The notes under the pieces: model-generated | Told to the model about the DNA's origin: nothing | What the model saw: only the letters and a program-made list of their open reading frames with translations | Database searches by the model: none | Source of the DNA: Squalus acanthias | Taxonomy: Eukaryota | DNA: 64,000 bases | Direction of reading: 5' to 3' | Assembly (NCBI GenBank): GCA_030390025.1 | Contig: CM059438.1 | Span: 70,558,001 to 70,622,000, forward strand | Position numbers and translations under genes: made by a program | In this document: piece by piece, positions 1-13,030 of the stretch | Layout of the letters: each line of letters opens with the position of its first letter | Position numbering within the stretch: position 1 is the first letter of the stretch

Positions 1-206
1 GCATGCAATTGTTTCCCTCAAGTCTCGCCTGCCTTGCTCTCTGGTCTTGATTCCCAATGAGTCCTGTCCCTTCAGATTTGTTTAGTTTCTTGGTGCCAAT
101 GGATAACAGGAAGAACCACACTACATCGCAGCCTCAGTTCTCTCCCCTCCAAGGGGCCGACTTTCACTGTGCTCCCAGGACCTCACCCACGAGGCCCACT
201 TTTCAT

Positions 207-662
207 GTCAGCCGTGGCTGAGTGGTAGAACTCTTACTTCTGAATCAGAAGTGGTGGGTTTGAATCCCACTCCACTGACTTGAGCCCATAATCTAGGCTG
301 ACACTCCAGTGCAGTGCTGAGGGAGTGCTGTACTGTCGGAGTACCGTTGTTCGGATGAGACATTCAACCGAGGCCCCCATCTGCCCTCTAAAACATCCCA
401 TGGCACTATTCAAAGCGGGCAGTGGCGTTCTCCCGGTATCCTGGCCATTATTTAACCCTCAGACAACACCATCTAAAACAGATTACCTGATGATTATCTC
501 TTTGCTGTTTATGAGATCTTGCTGTGCCAAAAATTAGCTGCCGCATTTCCCGACGTTACAAGTTACTACATTTCAAAAATACTTCATTGGCTGTAAAGCA
601 CTTTAGGATCTTCTGAGGTCAAGAAATGCGCTGTACAAATGCAAGTTTGTTCTTTCTTTCTT
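207..662 (+). mobile_element. tRNA-headed DeuSINE (SacSINE1-like), near full length
   Basis: tRNA-like head (TGGCTGAGTGG A-box, GTTTGAATCCC B-box), Deu-domain-like core GGATGAGACATTCAACCGAGGCCCC...ATCCCATGGCACTATT, L2-like tail ending (TTTC)n. Related copies at 15886, 19385 and 46744. Confidence 0.8.
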
Positions 663-2447
663 GAAGACTGCCAGGGATCATATTAAGCTTCAGAAATAAA
701 GTTTCAGAGATGGTTTTATACTGGTTCGACTACACTGCAGCCAGTGTTAAGCAAATGTGAAGCAACATGACCCCACATTCTCAAGATGGTCTGCCACAGA
801 TTGCTGAATGTAGAATTATTCTCAATGTGAAAATCATATTGCATCGAGGCAACTATCCCATAAAACTTTGGTCATTTTGTGTCCAAACCTGGCAAGACAA
901 TTTGGATTTTTTTTAAAAATTCCAGTAGTCCTTTTAAAAAAGCAATAGATCTTATTGATTTGTTCTCTCCCTCACATCACCAGGATGTTATCCCATCATA
1001 AATCTGACCTACCTCTGGAGCAATCTGTATTTTTATTAAAAACAAAACTTGTGATATATAAAGTTGCTAAAAAAAAAATTGGACCCTGCTACTAGAAAAA
1101 ACATTCCAGCAACTCCCTCAGTTGTAAAGGACTTGGGGCATATTTATGGCATGTGGCTCATATGTTAAGCAAAGAGAACACAGCTTGGACTTTTTCATAA
1201 TCTGAGAATATGAAATGGTTTCCCACCCCAAATTAAAATCGTACAGTGTACAATGCCAACTTAAAATCACTTGGATAAAACACCAATAGGGCTGCAACTT
1301 GAGCTGATGGAAACCCAAGTTGGGCGTCCAAATCTGATGATACAGTGTGGTTTCCCTACAGCCAAGAGAATTAGCAGTTTGGGTAATGTAAGAATTGTAG
1401 CCAAATAAAGCTGTGGCGAGTATTTGGCCATTAAACCTGAGTACCAAGTACAAGTTACATTTTATCTATTTATTTGTTCAAGATATTTATATGGGATATC
1501 CCAGTTAAGCTGGGGAGGTTGTTTACAATGGGTTCCTGCCCAAGGGCAGTTCCCAGTCACAGCAGGGTGTAGCAGACAACTTAGATATGACGCAGATCAA
1601 AGCAGCACAATCATGAATGTGATGAGTATGTTACTTCTGTCCTTTAGTAAAAAGTTCTGATATTTTGTTTATAAAAATTTATGATGATTGGTTGCTGACC
1701 GCAGGTCGGCAGGAAATATGTTGTAAAAGAGACTGTTTAAAATTGAGTTCTATCTTTAGGTCTGCGCAACTGAAATATTGCTTGGCATTATTCACACACA
1801 CACACACACACACAAGCTCTGCAATTATTCGAGGTCTTCAGAAATGTCTTTATTTGAACAGAAGTCTTAATTCAAAAGAAGGGTATAGACTGGAAAATGG
1901 CAGATGCTACTAAACTGCATGGTTTTGTGCTGGCATTGCTCCTGCTTGACTATAATGTAAGCTTCTGAAATGGCTGATGATATTCTTTTGTGACGATATG
2001 AGATTGTGCTGCATGTTTGCTCAGATAATCTTGACGGCCTATGTTTTTAACTGATCTGGTGCATTGGCTGGCTGTCCAGTGAGAAACAGAAGACAAGCTA
2101 AGAAGAGCAAGGGGCAGAAAGATAAAAGCTTTGAATCAATTTCCTGTCATATGCATGAATCACGTCTCTGTGGTTGAATGATGCTAACACTCACTACTTG
2201 GTTGAAAACTGAAAATACTCTCTTGGACAAAGTAGTCGAAGTGATCAGCAAATAAGATAACAAGATAGATATGAATAAGAAAGGCCATTCCATCTGTCCT
2301 TCCTCATCCATACAGAACACACCTACTGTTTCCACCCCCAACTGAATCTAATTGCTTTTTAGATGACTCCAAGTTTTTTTGCTTCTGTTGTCCAACCTGG
2401 AAATTCACTCCATGTCTCCTCCAATTTACTCCAATTCTGGACTCAAT

Positions 2448-3158
2448 GGGGGAAAAATTGAGTCGTGCCCCCTTTGGGGCGCTAACTTCGCGAAAGAATT
2501 AGCACCCCCATGGCCGTAATTGAGTGGTAGCGCCCCAAGAGGGAAGCGGGGTGCTACTGGAAGCGCCCTGCCTCCCTTTTGGGGTGCTGCGGGCGCTGCG
2601 GCACATTGCGCCCCGGTACTGCAGGCCTTCCTCCCCTTCTTAAAGGGGAGGGGCCTTCCGCAGCACGACCCGGGACCCAGCTGGGCCACCGGGGATTGGA
2701 GTGCTGGCAAAAGAGCCCTCAAGAGAACTGCGGGCTCATGGAGCGCAACCAACACTCCGCGGGGGGGGGGGGGGGGCGGCTAGGGGGGGGGGCTACACAG
2801 AAGGCCAGGGATGGCAAAGCGGGCAAGTGCTGGCAGGCGGCCAGCAACAAAAATGGCCGCCCGGCACCTTGCCTTTAATTAGTGCCGCCCAGCCGCAGGT
2901 AAGCACCCCTGACCCCGTCGGACATAGCGTCCGGCGGTAAGTCAGGGAGTGCTACCGAAGATTGCGAACGGGGTGCTGCGCACGGCGATGACGTCATCGG
3001 CGGTGGCACAGCACCACGGGGCGCGAACAGTGACCGCTGCCGCTAACTTCCCGCTGAATTTTGCGGGAGGTGTTGGCGGTGCCGCGCCCGGGCGCCAGTT
3101 GCTTTGCGCCCCGTTAGCAGGGCGCTAACAAGGCGCAACGCAACCGAATTTTTCCCCC
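2448..3158. mobile_element. PIF/Harbinger-type MITE
   Basis: Perfect 12-bp TIR GGGGGAAAAATT/AATTTTTCCCCC, 3-bp TSD AAT on both sides, GC/CpG-rich interior. TIR nearly identical to that of the element at 41058-45066. Confidence 0.85.
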
Positions 3159-4404
3159 AATGTGTTGATCAGTTTTTAGGTAAAGAATAGCTCCAGGAAA
3201 TCAATCCTGAATCTCCCTTTTGCTAGATTCAAACTCACCGTGCTTGTCCTGTGGTCACAGTTTAATTTAGAGCTGTGTTACACATTTATTTTTCCTAACT
3301 ATTGACTCTCCTCAAAGCACCCCCTCAGAGTTGCTTCCATTAAAGGATGCAAAGCCCAAGTTTCTCCAATCCTTGCTGATAGCTCAGTCTTTGATTCAGG
3401 GAGCAGTCTTGACCTCTTCTCTGCACCACATCCAGAACTTGAATGTCTACCTTTTTTCTTGGTGACAAAAAATAGACACAGTGCCCATGGACAGATCTGA
3501 CCTGAGTTTTAGTACGACAAGCTCTGCCAGGTACATATCGGAGAATGCTCAATTGTGTGATTTACCTTTGTGCATGTACAGTAAAATATATGTAACATAG
3601 AAAAATTGTGTAGCACAGAGCATAAATCATCTCTTGCACAACCTTTGGATATAATTTAGAGCAGACAGAGCAGCTAATTTGATCTTAATTAGTCTTTCAC
3701 TCACTTGGTTTAATTCACTTGCAAGATAGCCTGCAGATGTAACTGTGATATTAAGAGGGAACATTCAGTGTTAACCCTTTGGGGTGTAGCCTTTGCAAAT
3801 ATCAAAATATGTTTTATATCATAAAGTAAATGGAAGCAATATTTTCTGTACATTAATAACAGTGAGTATTATTGTAAAGTAGAACAGGATAATGTCTGAG
3901 CTCAAAAGAACATTTCTTAATAAAAATAATATTGGTCAGACTGTTGTGTTGTAGTGCCCGTTAGGGTTAAGTATAGAACATCCCTCCTCCTAATGGCACA
4001 GTTGTAGCTGCAGATTGCCTTGTAAGTAAACAAGATCAAATAAGCTCCTATTTGCAGCAAGTGATTCATGCATAGTGGGACTTACTCATCGGTGAGATCA
4101 TGCATTGATATCATAGTGCTCCATCTGATGATCTGCAGCAATGCTGCACACTGTTATTTTACACAACATTAATATGTTTTGGTCAACACTGGAGGCCCTC
4201 ATACAGGCCCTGTGCAATACTATTTAAGTTGTCCCCGTAGTGAAACTGGGTCACACTCTAGAATATTCATCCATCCAGTTTTCCCTCTTGTATCGTTACT
4301 GCTACATTTAATGATGTTTTACATTTTGTTAGTACCTATATCTGTAATTCACCAGCCACTCAATAGCTGAAGAGTTTTGGTGATATGTTTGAGCAGACGT
4401 GGAT

Positions 4405-5455
4405 TGATAAGTGGTTGTGATGGTTGGAGGTCAATCATCACAGCCCCAGGATATCGCTGCAGGAGTTCCTCAGGGCAGTGTCCTAGACCCAACCATCTTC
4501 AGCTGCTTCATCAATGACCTTCCTTCCATCATAAGGTCAGAAGTGGGGATGTTCACTGATGACTGCACAGTGTTCAGTGCCATTCGCAACTCCTCAGATA
4601 ATGAAGCAGTCCATGCCGCATGCAGCAAGACCTGGATGACATTCAGGCTTGGGCTGATAAGTGGCAGGTAACATTCACACCACACAAGTGCCAGGCAATG
4701 ACTATCTCCAACAAGCGAGAGTCTAACCACTGCCCCTTGACATTCAACGGCATTACCATCGCCGAATCCCCCACCATCAATATCCTGGGGGGTCACCATT
4801 GACCAGAAACTTAACTGGACTAGCCACATAAATACTGTGGCAACAAGAGCAGGTCAGAGGCTGAGTATTCTGTGACGAGTGTCTCACCTCCTGACTCCCC
4901 AAAGCCTTTCCACCATCTACAAGGCACAAGTCAGGAGTGTGTTGCAATACTGTCCACTTGCCTGGATGAGTGCAGCTCCAACAACACTCAAGAAGCTCGA
5001 CACCATCCAGGACAAAGCAGTCCGCTTGATTGGCACCCCATCCACCACCTTAAACATTCGCTCCCTCCACCACCGGCGTACCGTGGCTGCAGTGTGTACC
5101 ATCTACAAGATGCACTGCAGCAACTCGCCAAGGCTTCTTCGGTAGCACCTCCCAAACCCGCGACCTCTACCACCTAGAAGGACAAGGGCAGCAGGCGCAT
5201 GGGAACACCACTACCCCCAAGTTCCCCTCCAAGTCACACACCATCCTGACTTGGAAATATATCACCGATCCTTCATCGTCGCTGGGTCAAAATCCTGGAA
5301 CTCCCTACCTAACAGCACTGTGGGAGTACCTTCACCACACAGACTGCAGCAGTTCAAGAAGGGGCTCACCACCACCTTCTCAAGGGCAACTAGGGATGAG
5401 CAATAAATGCTGGCTTTGCCAGCAACGCCCACATCCCATGAACGAATAAAAATAA
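4405..5455 (+). mobile_element. 5'-truncated CR1/L2-group LINE (RT C-terminus and 3' UTR), frameshifted
   Basis: GVPQGSVLDPTIFSCFINDL...MFTDD RT motifs continuing in shifted frames (LDDIQAWADKWQVTF; LSTIYKAQVRSVLQY). A-rich tail. A second copy of the tail lies at 26250-26410. Confidence 0.88.
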
Positions 5456-6564
5456 ACACAATAGCTACACTATGTACAATGCAAGGTCTTCTCTTTTTTG
5501 GATGCAAGGTTACATTGTTCTTGGATACCCAGCTGTATCTACCACATTAAGTTTATGGATGGCTCTAGATAAAAATAAAACAGCATCATGGCTCCCTAAT
5601 AATGTAATTATTATTTTTAGAACAACCACGTTATAGAGGAAGGTTCCTTATAGGATTTCTCTATTCGTAAGGGAATGTTAAAAGTATGTTATATCAGAGG
5701 CTGTGTATGTGCACTCTAGTCGAAGACTACGTCTATCTGTAACAACATCGGCCTCTTAATTGCTCTCCTTATGAACCCAGTGTTCACCTAACAACAATTA
5801 GACTTTGTAACCTTTAAAGGGATACACACCTACACTTGGTGTAAAGTTTCTAACCGTATAAAACAGTTCATCCTCTGACTTACCTTAAGCCGTGCCAAAG
5901 GCAATTTGCCATGTTAAAATCGGTACATCAGTACAATGCAGATATCTGGCTTTGTTACAGATTCTAAGCCATCTTAAAAAAGAAAGCGAGTGACTTTTGG
6001 TCTGGTACCTGAAACTTTATCATTTGCAAAGTTCTCTGACTGGTCAACAATTAGACTCCGAGTGACCTGACCTTGTGTTGCTGCACGGCAATTAGTCTCT
6101 GTTGCCTCAAAGGGACACACAGCTCCGCCTCAGCAAAATAATACATCATGCATCACATGGTTTTAAACTCCCGTCTTTATAAAACAGCATATCATCTGGC
6201 TTACAATGAGTAACATCACAGGAAAATGCCCAATACAAAAAGCTGTGGGTGCAGCTGGATACTAAAATTGGTTATTAAGTATATGGGTTGTGTTTCTTAA
6301 ATATAGCACATAAGCGTAGAAGTTGCTGAAATAGCCTCAAAAATAAAAGCAGTCGCAAGCATTGATAAGGGACCAGATGTTGATCTCAGACTGGTACTTG
6401 TAGAGTGCAATGTAGGGTTGGCAGATCTGAGTTACACTGATGCGTCCTGAATCAATCACACCTGCAGCGACTGAGCTGTGCACTACATGCTTATTGGCTT
6501 TCAAACGCTGATTAAATTTTAATGTTCAGAGAGAGAGAGAGCCAGAAAGACCACTGGCTATCAA

Positions 6565-7553
6565 AAGGTTGAGAGGTCGCACAACACCAGGTTATAGTCC
6601 AACAGTTTTATTTGAAATCACAAGCTTTCGGAGCTATCGATCGCCCCTTCCTCAGGTGAAGTAGTAAAGAAATACAGACTCGACAAAGCATATATAGATA
6701 GAGAACAATGCATGTGTACCTTACAATTGCAGACAACTAAATTAAATCATCCTGACTATCTGCCGAGGTGTGATAAAGTTAATCAGGTCAGCCAGGAAGG
6801 TACCACATCAAAGACATAGCAAGATACAACTGAGACAATGAGGTGGAGTCGCAGGGGGTCTAACGTGTCAAAAGCTGCCGTCTGTATGTAAAACAATAAG
6901 CTGTAAAAAAAAATTACTTTTTTACTGGGAAAATTTTTACTTTTTTACTGGGAATCACATCTGTGAACAAGCCAACGACGACTCGAGTCCGGATCACGTC
7001 ATGTATCATGACATAAACCCAAGATCCCGGTTGAGACCGTCTTCATGAGTGCGGAACTTGGCTATCAGTTTCTGCTCGATGATTTTGCGCTGTCGTGTGT
7101 TCCTAAGGTTGCCTTGGAGAACGCTTACCCGCAGATCCGAGGCTGAATGTCCTTGACTGCTGAAGTGTTCCCCGACTGGGAGGTAACAATCCTGCCTGGT
7201 GATTGTTGCGCGGTGCTCGTTCATACGTTGTCTCAGTGTCTGCATGGTCTCGCCAATGTACCATGCCGCGGTGCATTCTTTCCTGCAACGTATGAGGTAG
7301 ACAACGTTGGCCGAGTCACATGAGTATGTACCATGTACCTGGTGGGTAGTGTCCTCACGTGTGATGGTGGTATCTGTGTTGATGATCTGGCATGTCTTGC
7401 AGAGTTTGCCGTGGCAGGGTTGTGTGGTGTCGTGGTCGCTGTTATCCTGAAAGCTGGGTAATTTGCTGCGAACGATGGTACTTCTGAGGTTAGGCGGCTG
7501 TTTGAAGGCAAGTAGTGGAGGCGTGGGGATGGCCTTAGCGAGGTGTTTGTCGA
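6565..7553 (-). mobile_element. Penelope-like retroelement 3' fragment (GIY-YIG endonuclease plus pLTR with hammerhead motif)
   Basis: Open minus frame about 7552-7006: PLLAFKQPPNL...PCHGKLCKTC...NVVYLIRCRKECTAAWYIGETMQTLRQRMNEHR...EQKLIAKFRTHEDGLN (Cys-rich linker plus GIY-YIG). Confidence 0.9.
6618..6659 (-). ncRNA. Minimal type I hammerhead ribozyme motif (PLE-associated)
   Basis: Minus strand reads tcac-CTGAGGA-a-GGGGC-gatcgata-GCTCC-GAAA-GC-TT-gtga. Stem I tcac/gtga, stem II 5 bp with one G-U, palindromic AAGCTT in place of stem III. Confidence 0.75.
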
Positions 7554-8589
7554 CAAAAGGTTAACAGTAAAATGTAACCAGCATTTGTAATTCTGCCCAC
7601 AGACTGTTGTCCCCCCTGCACACGTTAAAAGAATTCATCATTAAACCGTAAAACAAAAGTTCCCAGCCAGTCCAATGGACCACCTGTGAACTTCTTAAGC
7701 TTGGCCTTTGCACCAGAATGTAACTGTACTGGAGTTGGTGTGAAACACGTGCAATCTGAGACCACCTCCTGCAGCTGGCCTCACACTTCTTGCCATGTCT
7801 GCAGCCAGGCCACCAGCCTAATTCCCCAGTTATCCAACTTGTTCTACATCAATACACATCCAAACTGCTTTGTGTTGCTCTAAAAGCGGGCGTATAACTA
7901 ACCCAATAGCATCATGGTGAGTGTATGATTGGTAAAACTAATTTTTCTGTTTTTTTTTTACCAAATTAACCCAGGGCTAATTTTTATGCAGTCGATTTTT
8001 ATGCAGGTTTCCATCCTTTGGTAGTTGCAGTATCAAAAGAACACAACTGACTAACTGATCCCTAACTCATTGTATCCATGCGTGAGTGGACCTCCTCAAT
8101 CCCAGGAGCTGCTCAAGTGGCAGACGGACTCACACCTCATAAAGCAATTTGAGTTAAGCTCAGCGATGAATAGATTAATGAAGAGCTTGTGCGTTCATAC
8201 TCATCCTGTCTGGGCAGCAAATTAGCCCAGAAATGACCATTTATGCTGTTAGTCGGTGAGAACTTGAAGGATTTGTATGACATTCCTTTGACCACTTGGC
8301 AAGCAAGGGCATTAACCTGTTCATTTTAAATGGGTTTATACCTCTATCCAAATTGAGAACAAAGGAATGTTAGGTAAACACATTGAGTACCTGTGCACCA
8401 ATATCACAAGCAGTAATTGCAAGTCTCATAATAATTGTATTGAAGAAAGAGGGTTTCTGTTCAAGTCCTTTTCTGGACAACTTTTCTGATATTTTTATTG
8501 CCATAGAAAAAAACGTGCTGTGGTCCCATCAGAATTCCCAGTAGCAGCAAGGTAATATGCTTATAGTTGGTATATATGTACAGCTACAT

Positions 8590-8887
8590 GCACGTTTGGA
8601 ATAGTGACAATCATCGCATGTGAGCCTCAACAGTAATTAGCAGCAAGCTATTTGACTGCAGAGGCACTGAAGGTTTTGATCCCAGCCCCACCCAACGTCC
8701 ATACTAGTGCACTGGATAACCATCAACAGTAGCAGCTAACTTAGGGACAAGAGGCCTAATTGTGATGCTTCTGATGCCATCCAGCCCAGCTGAGCTCGGC
8801 TAATCATAGACCAGTAATTGAACCTGGGACCTTCTTGATCTGTATGGCTCAGCGACTCACTCGATAAACTCACTGAGCCATCAGGGA
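8590..8887 (-). mobile_element. tRNA-derived SINE, second family, decayed
   Basis: Minus strand TGGCTCAGTGAG...CTGAGCCATACAGATCAAGAAGGTCCCAGGTTCAAT head. Similar bodies at about 8960-9190, 9290-9700, 14280, 32110, 45800 and 56820. Confidence 0.6.
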
Positions 8888-8959
8888 ACACGCATTAATT
8901 TTATAGAGTCTACTATAGAGATGGACGGAGCAGTTTTTTTTTCTCTATCTCTCTGCCTT

Positions 8960-9710
8960 CTGGTACCTTGCCCAAGCACCCAAGTGTGACCCTAACTTGT
9001 GAGTGTTGGCAGACTTTTTGACATGCGGGGGCATCAGTGCCTAGTTTAATATCTCCTCACCTGACATTCACACACACGTTATTTCTAGCCCTTCAGAAGA
9101 TAGAAGTTCTGAGTCCATCGTGGCATCCCTACTGTCAATACCCTGCAGATCAACTTACTCAGCAAAGATCTAATCTGGGTGGCTCAGTTCTATACACAGT
9201 GTGGGCCAGTACTGAGTTATCAGCATTATATCTGGGCTGAGCCTTTTGGAGGAGCAATTTTTTCTTCCCATATTTCTTCCCACTTTTCCTAAGGGATGTT
9301 GACCCTTGCAGGGTCTTGGCAGTCTTCCAGCACCTCACCCAAGTGACCATTCTTCAGTTGTGAGCGTAGACAGCGAGTGTAGGCAGACTGTTTCACCTTG
9401 GAGAATATCCTCTTCTCACGCAATGCCCGCACATACACCTTCCAGCACAGATCACTCGATGGTGATTAGAAGCAGGAACCCAAGATTATTCTCCCTGCCC
9501 TCCCCTTCCCGTCGCAGCCAGCCCTTCCTAGCTCAAGAGTGTTGAGAACAATTGGAGCCACTACTGTCATGATGTCTGAGCTAAGGACATATGAAAAGTC
9601 AAAGATGGGAAAAAGACCATTAGTCAATTGAAGATGAGTAACTCAGCAGTGACCTTCCTTGTCTAAAGAATCAGACACCATATCCTGCAACAATTACCTA
9701 TTGAGGCATT
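8960..9710 (-). mobile_element. Two further decayed fragments of the second SINE family
   Basis: Shared motifs (GTGACCATTCTTCA, GAGTGTxGGCAGACT, AGCAGGAACCC, AACTCAGCA) with 8590-8887. Confidence 0.5.
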
Positions 9711-10239
9711 GGCAGAGCAATTCCATTCCATCATTTGCTAATAGAGGTTTTCGTGTCAGACATGAGCAGCATGTCTGCTCCATCAAGGTTGATGAACGTT
9801 GATATGCTAACTGATTGAGTGGGCTCTGATGACGTCAGAAGCTGCAAGGACTTTATTGGAGTGGTTTGTTGGCACGTCTGCTGTGAGGTGAGATCATTTT
9901 CACCCCACCGCCCTCCCCAATGGGTTTCTCTCAATACATTTAGCAATGTTCCTTCTAACCATATCGGAATGATTTGGGATGTGTTCTTGCATTGTGGAAG
10001 GGATCGTTTGTCAGCTTTGGCTGGCTAATATCATTGACCAGGAGGCTTTGTTGAATTCATCTATTACAATGCTCTCTTTGAAAGGTAAAGTACATCAGAG
10101 GTGCCTGGATCCTAGAAGGTCTGTGAGGATAGCAGATTTCTGTCCATCTGTCATCAGCTTTCTGTTATTGTTGACATACTACTTTATTATTTCAGTTAAA
10201 GAAAAAAAAAACACTTTCTTCAGTATTAGCACACATCTC

Positions 10240-12022
10240 GGGCTGGATTTTTCCAACCTCGGCGGGTCCGTGGCATGTGGGGACCCCGCATCTGTGTCAA
10301 TCCTGTCCTCCAACAAGATGTTCCGTTGATGGGGCTTGTTAAGCCTGCTCTGCGAGGTTCCCGCCAATTAATAGGAAGCGGGTCTGATGACGTCATTTGA
10401 TGATGCGTCATCAGCCGGTTTCCTTAAAGGGACCATGTCCACAATCATTTTGACAGTTCTGCTGTCAGTGTTCTGCAGCATTGAGGTGCTGCAAACACTG
10501 ACAAGCACTGCACAAAGGTGCACGGCTGCACCCAGGCTCTCCCATTACTCCCTCAACATGCTTATGGAGGGAGTCACAGCACACAGGGAGATTCTCTTCC
10601 CTTCCAATGGGCGGAAGACACCTCCCCAGGAGACCAACGCAGCCTGGTTGCACATTGCACAGGAGGGCACAAGCAGGGATGTCGTCAGGAGGACCAGGCT
10701 GCAGTGGCGCAAACCTTTCAATGATCTCAGTAGATCACAAAACGTTACTGCAAAGCCACATGTAGCCTCATCCTGCTGTGCCACTTATCACATCCCCATC
10801 ACTCTGCCTTCCCTACCCTACTCCTGCACATCTTTACTCACACCAACTTACCTTGCACCTCCAACCATGCCTCTCTATCTACGTTATCACTTCCCCATCT
10901 CACTAGCCACCCCTCACACTCACCCTCATCCTAGTCTAATCATACCACTAACAACACACAAGGGTAGGCACTTGGGTGTTTTAGCCAATGTTCATGTAAA
11001 GTGTCTGTTAATGTGTTCTGAAGCATTGAAATCTTTATTTTCAACACTTTGCCTTCTTGGACAGATTTGTGTGCGCCAGTGAGTTCCAGTGAATGGTGAG
11101 ACATAACATCCGCCGCCCCCCCCCCCCTCCCCCCCCCAGCAATGGTGATGAGTGTGAAAGGAATGGCTTGGACATTGTAGGGATGCTTTATGGTGCTGCT
11201 GGTGTGGGGTGATGCCAACCTGGTGCATCATGTGGCAGCCAGGGTGTACAGTGTTAAGTGAAGCAAATCTGGACATGGTGATGCCATCGCTGGCGTCCCA
11301 GGCAGCAATGTGCATGGGTGATGATGCCCTGTGTCCAGTGCAGCATCAGTTGATTGCGGAGAAGACTGGTGTGGATGTTGGTGCTGCTGGTGTAAATGTT
11401 GGTGCTGCTGGTGTTGGGGCTGATCGTGTTGGGATTCTGAGGACCACGGTGAGATTTTTTCAAGGGCACCGATGCTGATGGAATAGATGGCAGGTGAGGT
11501 TGAGATGACAGAGTAATCTGTCAGTGTTGAGATAGGTTGTTCCAAGGAGGTGACAGTGGATAGAGAGATTACTCCAAACACTTCAAAAGTGCATAAAGCT
11601 CTAAAGTCGGTTCCAAATCATTAATGCTCCAGCTTCTAAGATTGGGAAATGACCAGCTGTGTAATGGTTGGTTTTAGACCACTTTTGCAGCTGTCACCTA
11701 TTCACAGCAATCCACAGTCATTGAGAACCCGACATACTTACCTGACGTGATAGTCACTCTCCGGGAACCTCGTTGAAAACCTGGGGAAATGGTAAGTACA
11801 TGGGAAAATGGTTCTTAACTACCTTTTAAGAAGCTTTTAACTATCTAAATTGGCTGTCCCGCCACTTGGTGTCGTGTCTGTTCAGGGATGACAGACCCGA
11901 CACTTGGGAAAGTGACAAGGAGGCGGGTTTACAGCGAGATACCGACCCGCTGTCAATCTTTGTGATTTTGACAGCGGACCCGCCTCCAAACCCGCGCTCT
12001 AAGCACTAGTAAAATTCAGCCT
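10240..12022 (+). mobile_element. Non-autonomous PIF/Harbinger deletion derivative (Myb exon 1 on +, transposase termini on -)
   Basis: TIR GGGCTGGATTTT/AAAATTCAGCCT, TSD CTC. Myb/SANT-like peptide APRLSHYSLNMLMEGV...AAWLHIAQE...QWRKPFNDL at about 10525-10735. An inverted sibling copy lies at 53124-54868. Confidence 0.85.
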
Positions 12023-12339
12023 CTCATTTGGGTTGCCGACGCTCTCTTTTTGGAAGTCAGGACCAATGGTTTTTGGGTATGTGTGTCAATGTTGGTAAGA
12101 GATCACCACACAGAAAAGTTTGAAAACCAGTGCAATATGTCACACAATCACTGCAATATGTGGCACAATTTCCACAAAGCAACACAGTCAGAGTTATATA
12201 TGACAGTTATACATAATTCAGTATGAAACAGTAGCCCAGAACACAGTGAAACAAACTGTAGTCCAAAAACAAGAAAAAAAAATTGATGGAAGCTCAGACA
12301 TTTCAATCACTACAATGTTAGGTTTTACATCATACAATA

Positions 12340-13030
12340 ATAGAACCATCATAGAATAGTACCGCACAGAAGGAGGCCATTCGGCCCATCAAGTCTGTGC
12401 CAACTCTTTCGAAGAGCAATCCAGTTAGTCCCACTGCTCGCTCTTTCCCCATATCCCTACAATTTATTCTCCTTCAAGTATTTCTCCAATTCCCTTTTGA
12501 AGGCTACTATTGAATCTGTATCCACCAACCTATCAGGCAGTGCATTCCAAATCCTTATCTTATATTGATGGCCTCTAGTTATGCTCTTCCCCACAAGTGG
12601 AAACACTCTCTCTGTATCTACTCTATCAAAACCTTTCATAATTTTGAAGACCTCTATTAGGTCACCCCTCAGTATTTTTTCAAGATAAAAGAGACCAGCC
12701 TGTTCATCCTTTCCTGATAGGTATACCCTCGCATTTCTGGTATCATCCTTGTAAATCTACTCTGCACCCTCTGCAGTACCTCTATATCCTTTTTATAATA
12801 TGGTGACCTGAACTGCACTCAGTACTCCCAAGTGTGGTCTAACCAAGGTTCAATACAAGTTTAGCATAACTTCACTACTTTTCAATTTTATCCCTCTGGA
12901 AATAAACCCGAGTGCTTGTTTTGCTTTTATTATGGCTTGCTAACCTGTGGCGCTACTTTTAGTGATTTGTGTATTTGTACTCCCAGATCCCTTTGCTCCT
13001 CTACCCCACCCAGACTCGCATCCTCCAAGT
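12340..13030 (-). mobile_element. CR1 LINE 3' fragment(s)
   Basis: Minus translation MKGFDRVDTERVFPLVG...IWNALPDRLVDTDSIVAFKRELEKYL, CR1-type 3' UTR and tail. Confidence 0.8.

Noticed and set aside
207..275. tRNA gene
   Set aside because: It is the SINE head, continuous with the Deu core and tail, with no complete cloverleaf.
2448..3158. CpG-island host promoter (also 18709-19318)
   Set aside because: The GC-rich tract is bounded exactly by MITE TIRs.
10387..11082. 231-aa ORF as an intact gene
   Set aside because: Only about 70 aa are Myb-like. The rest reads through promoter and intron-like sequence of a deleted Harbinger.
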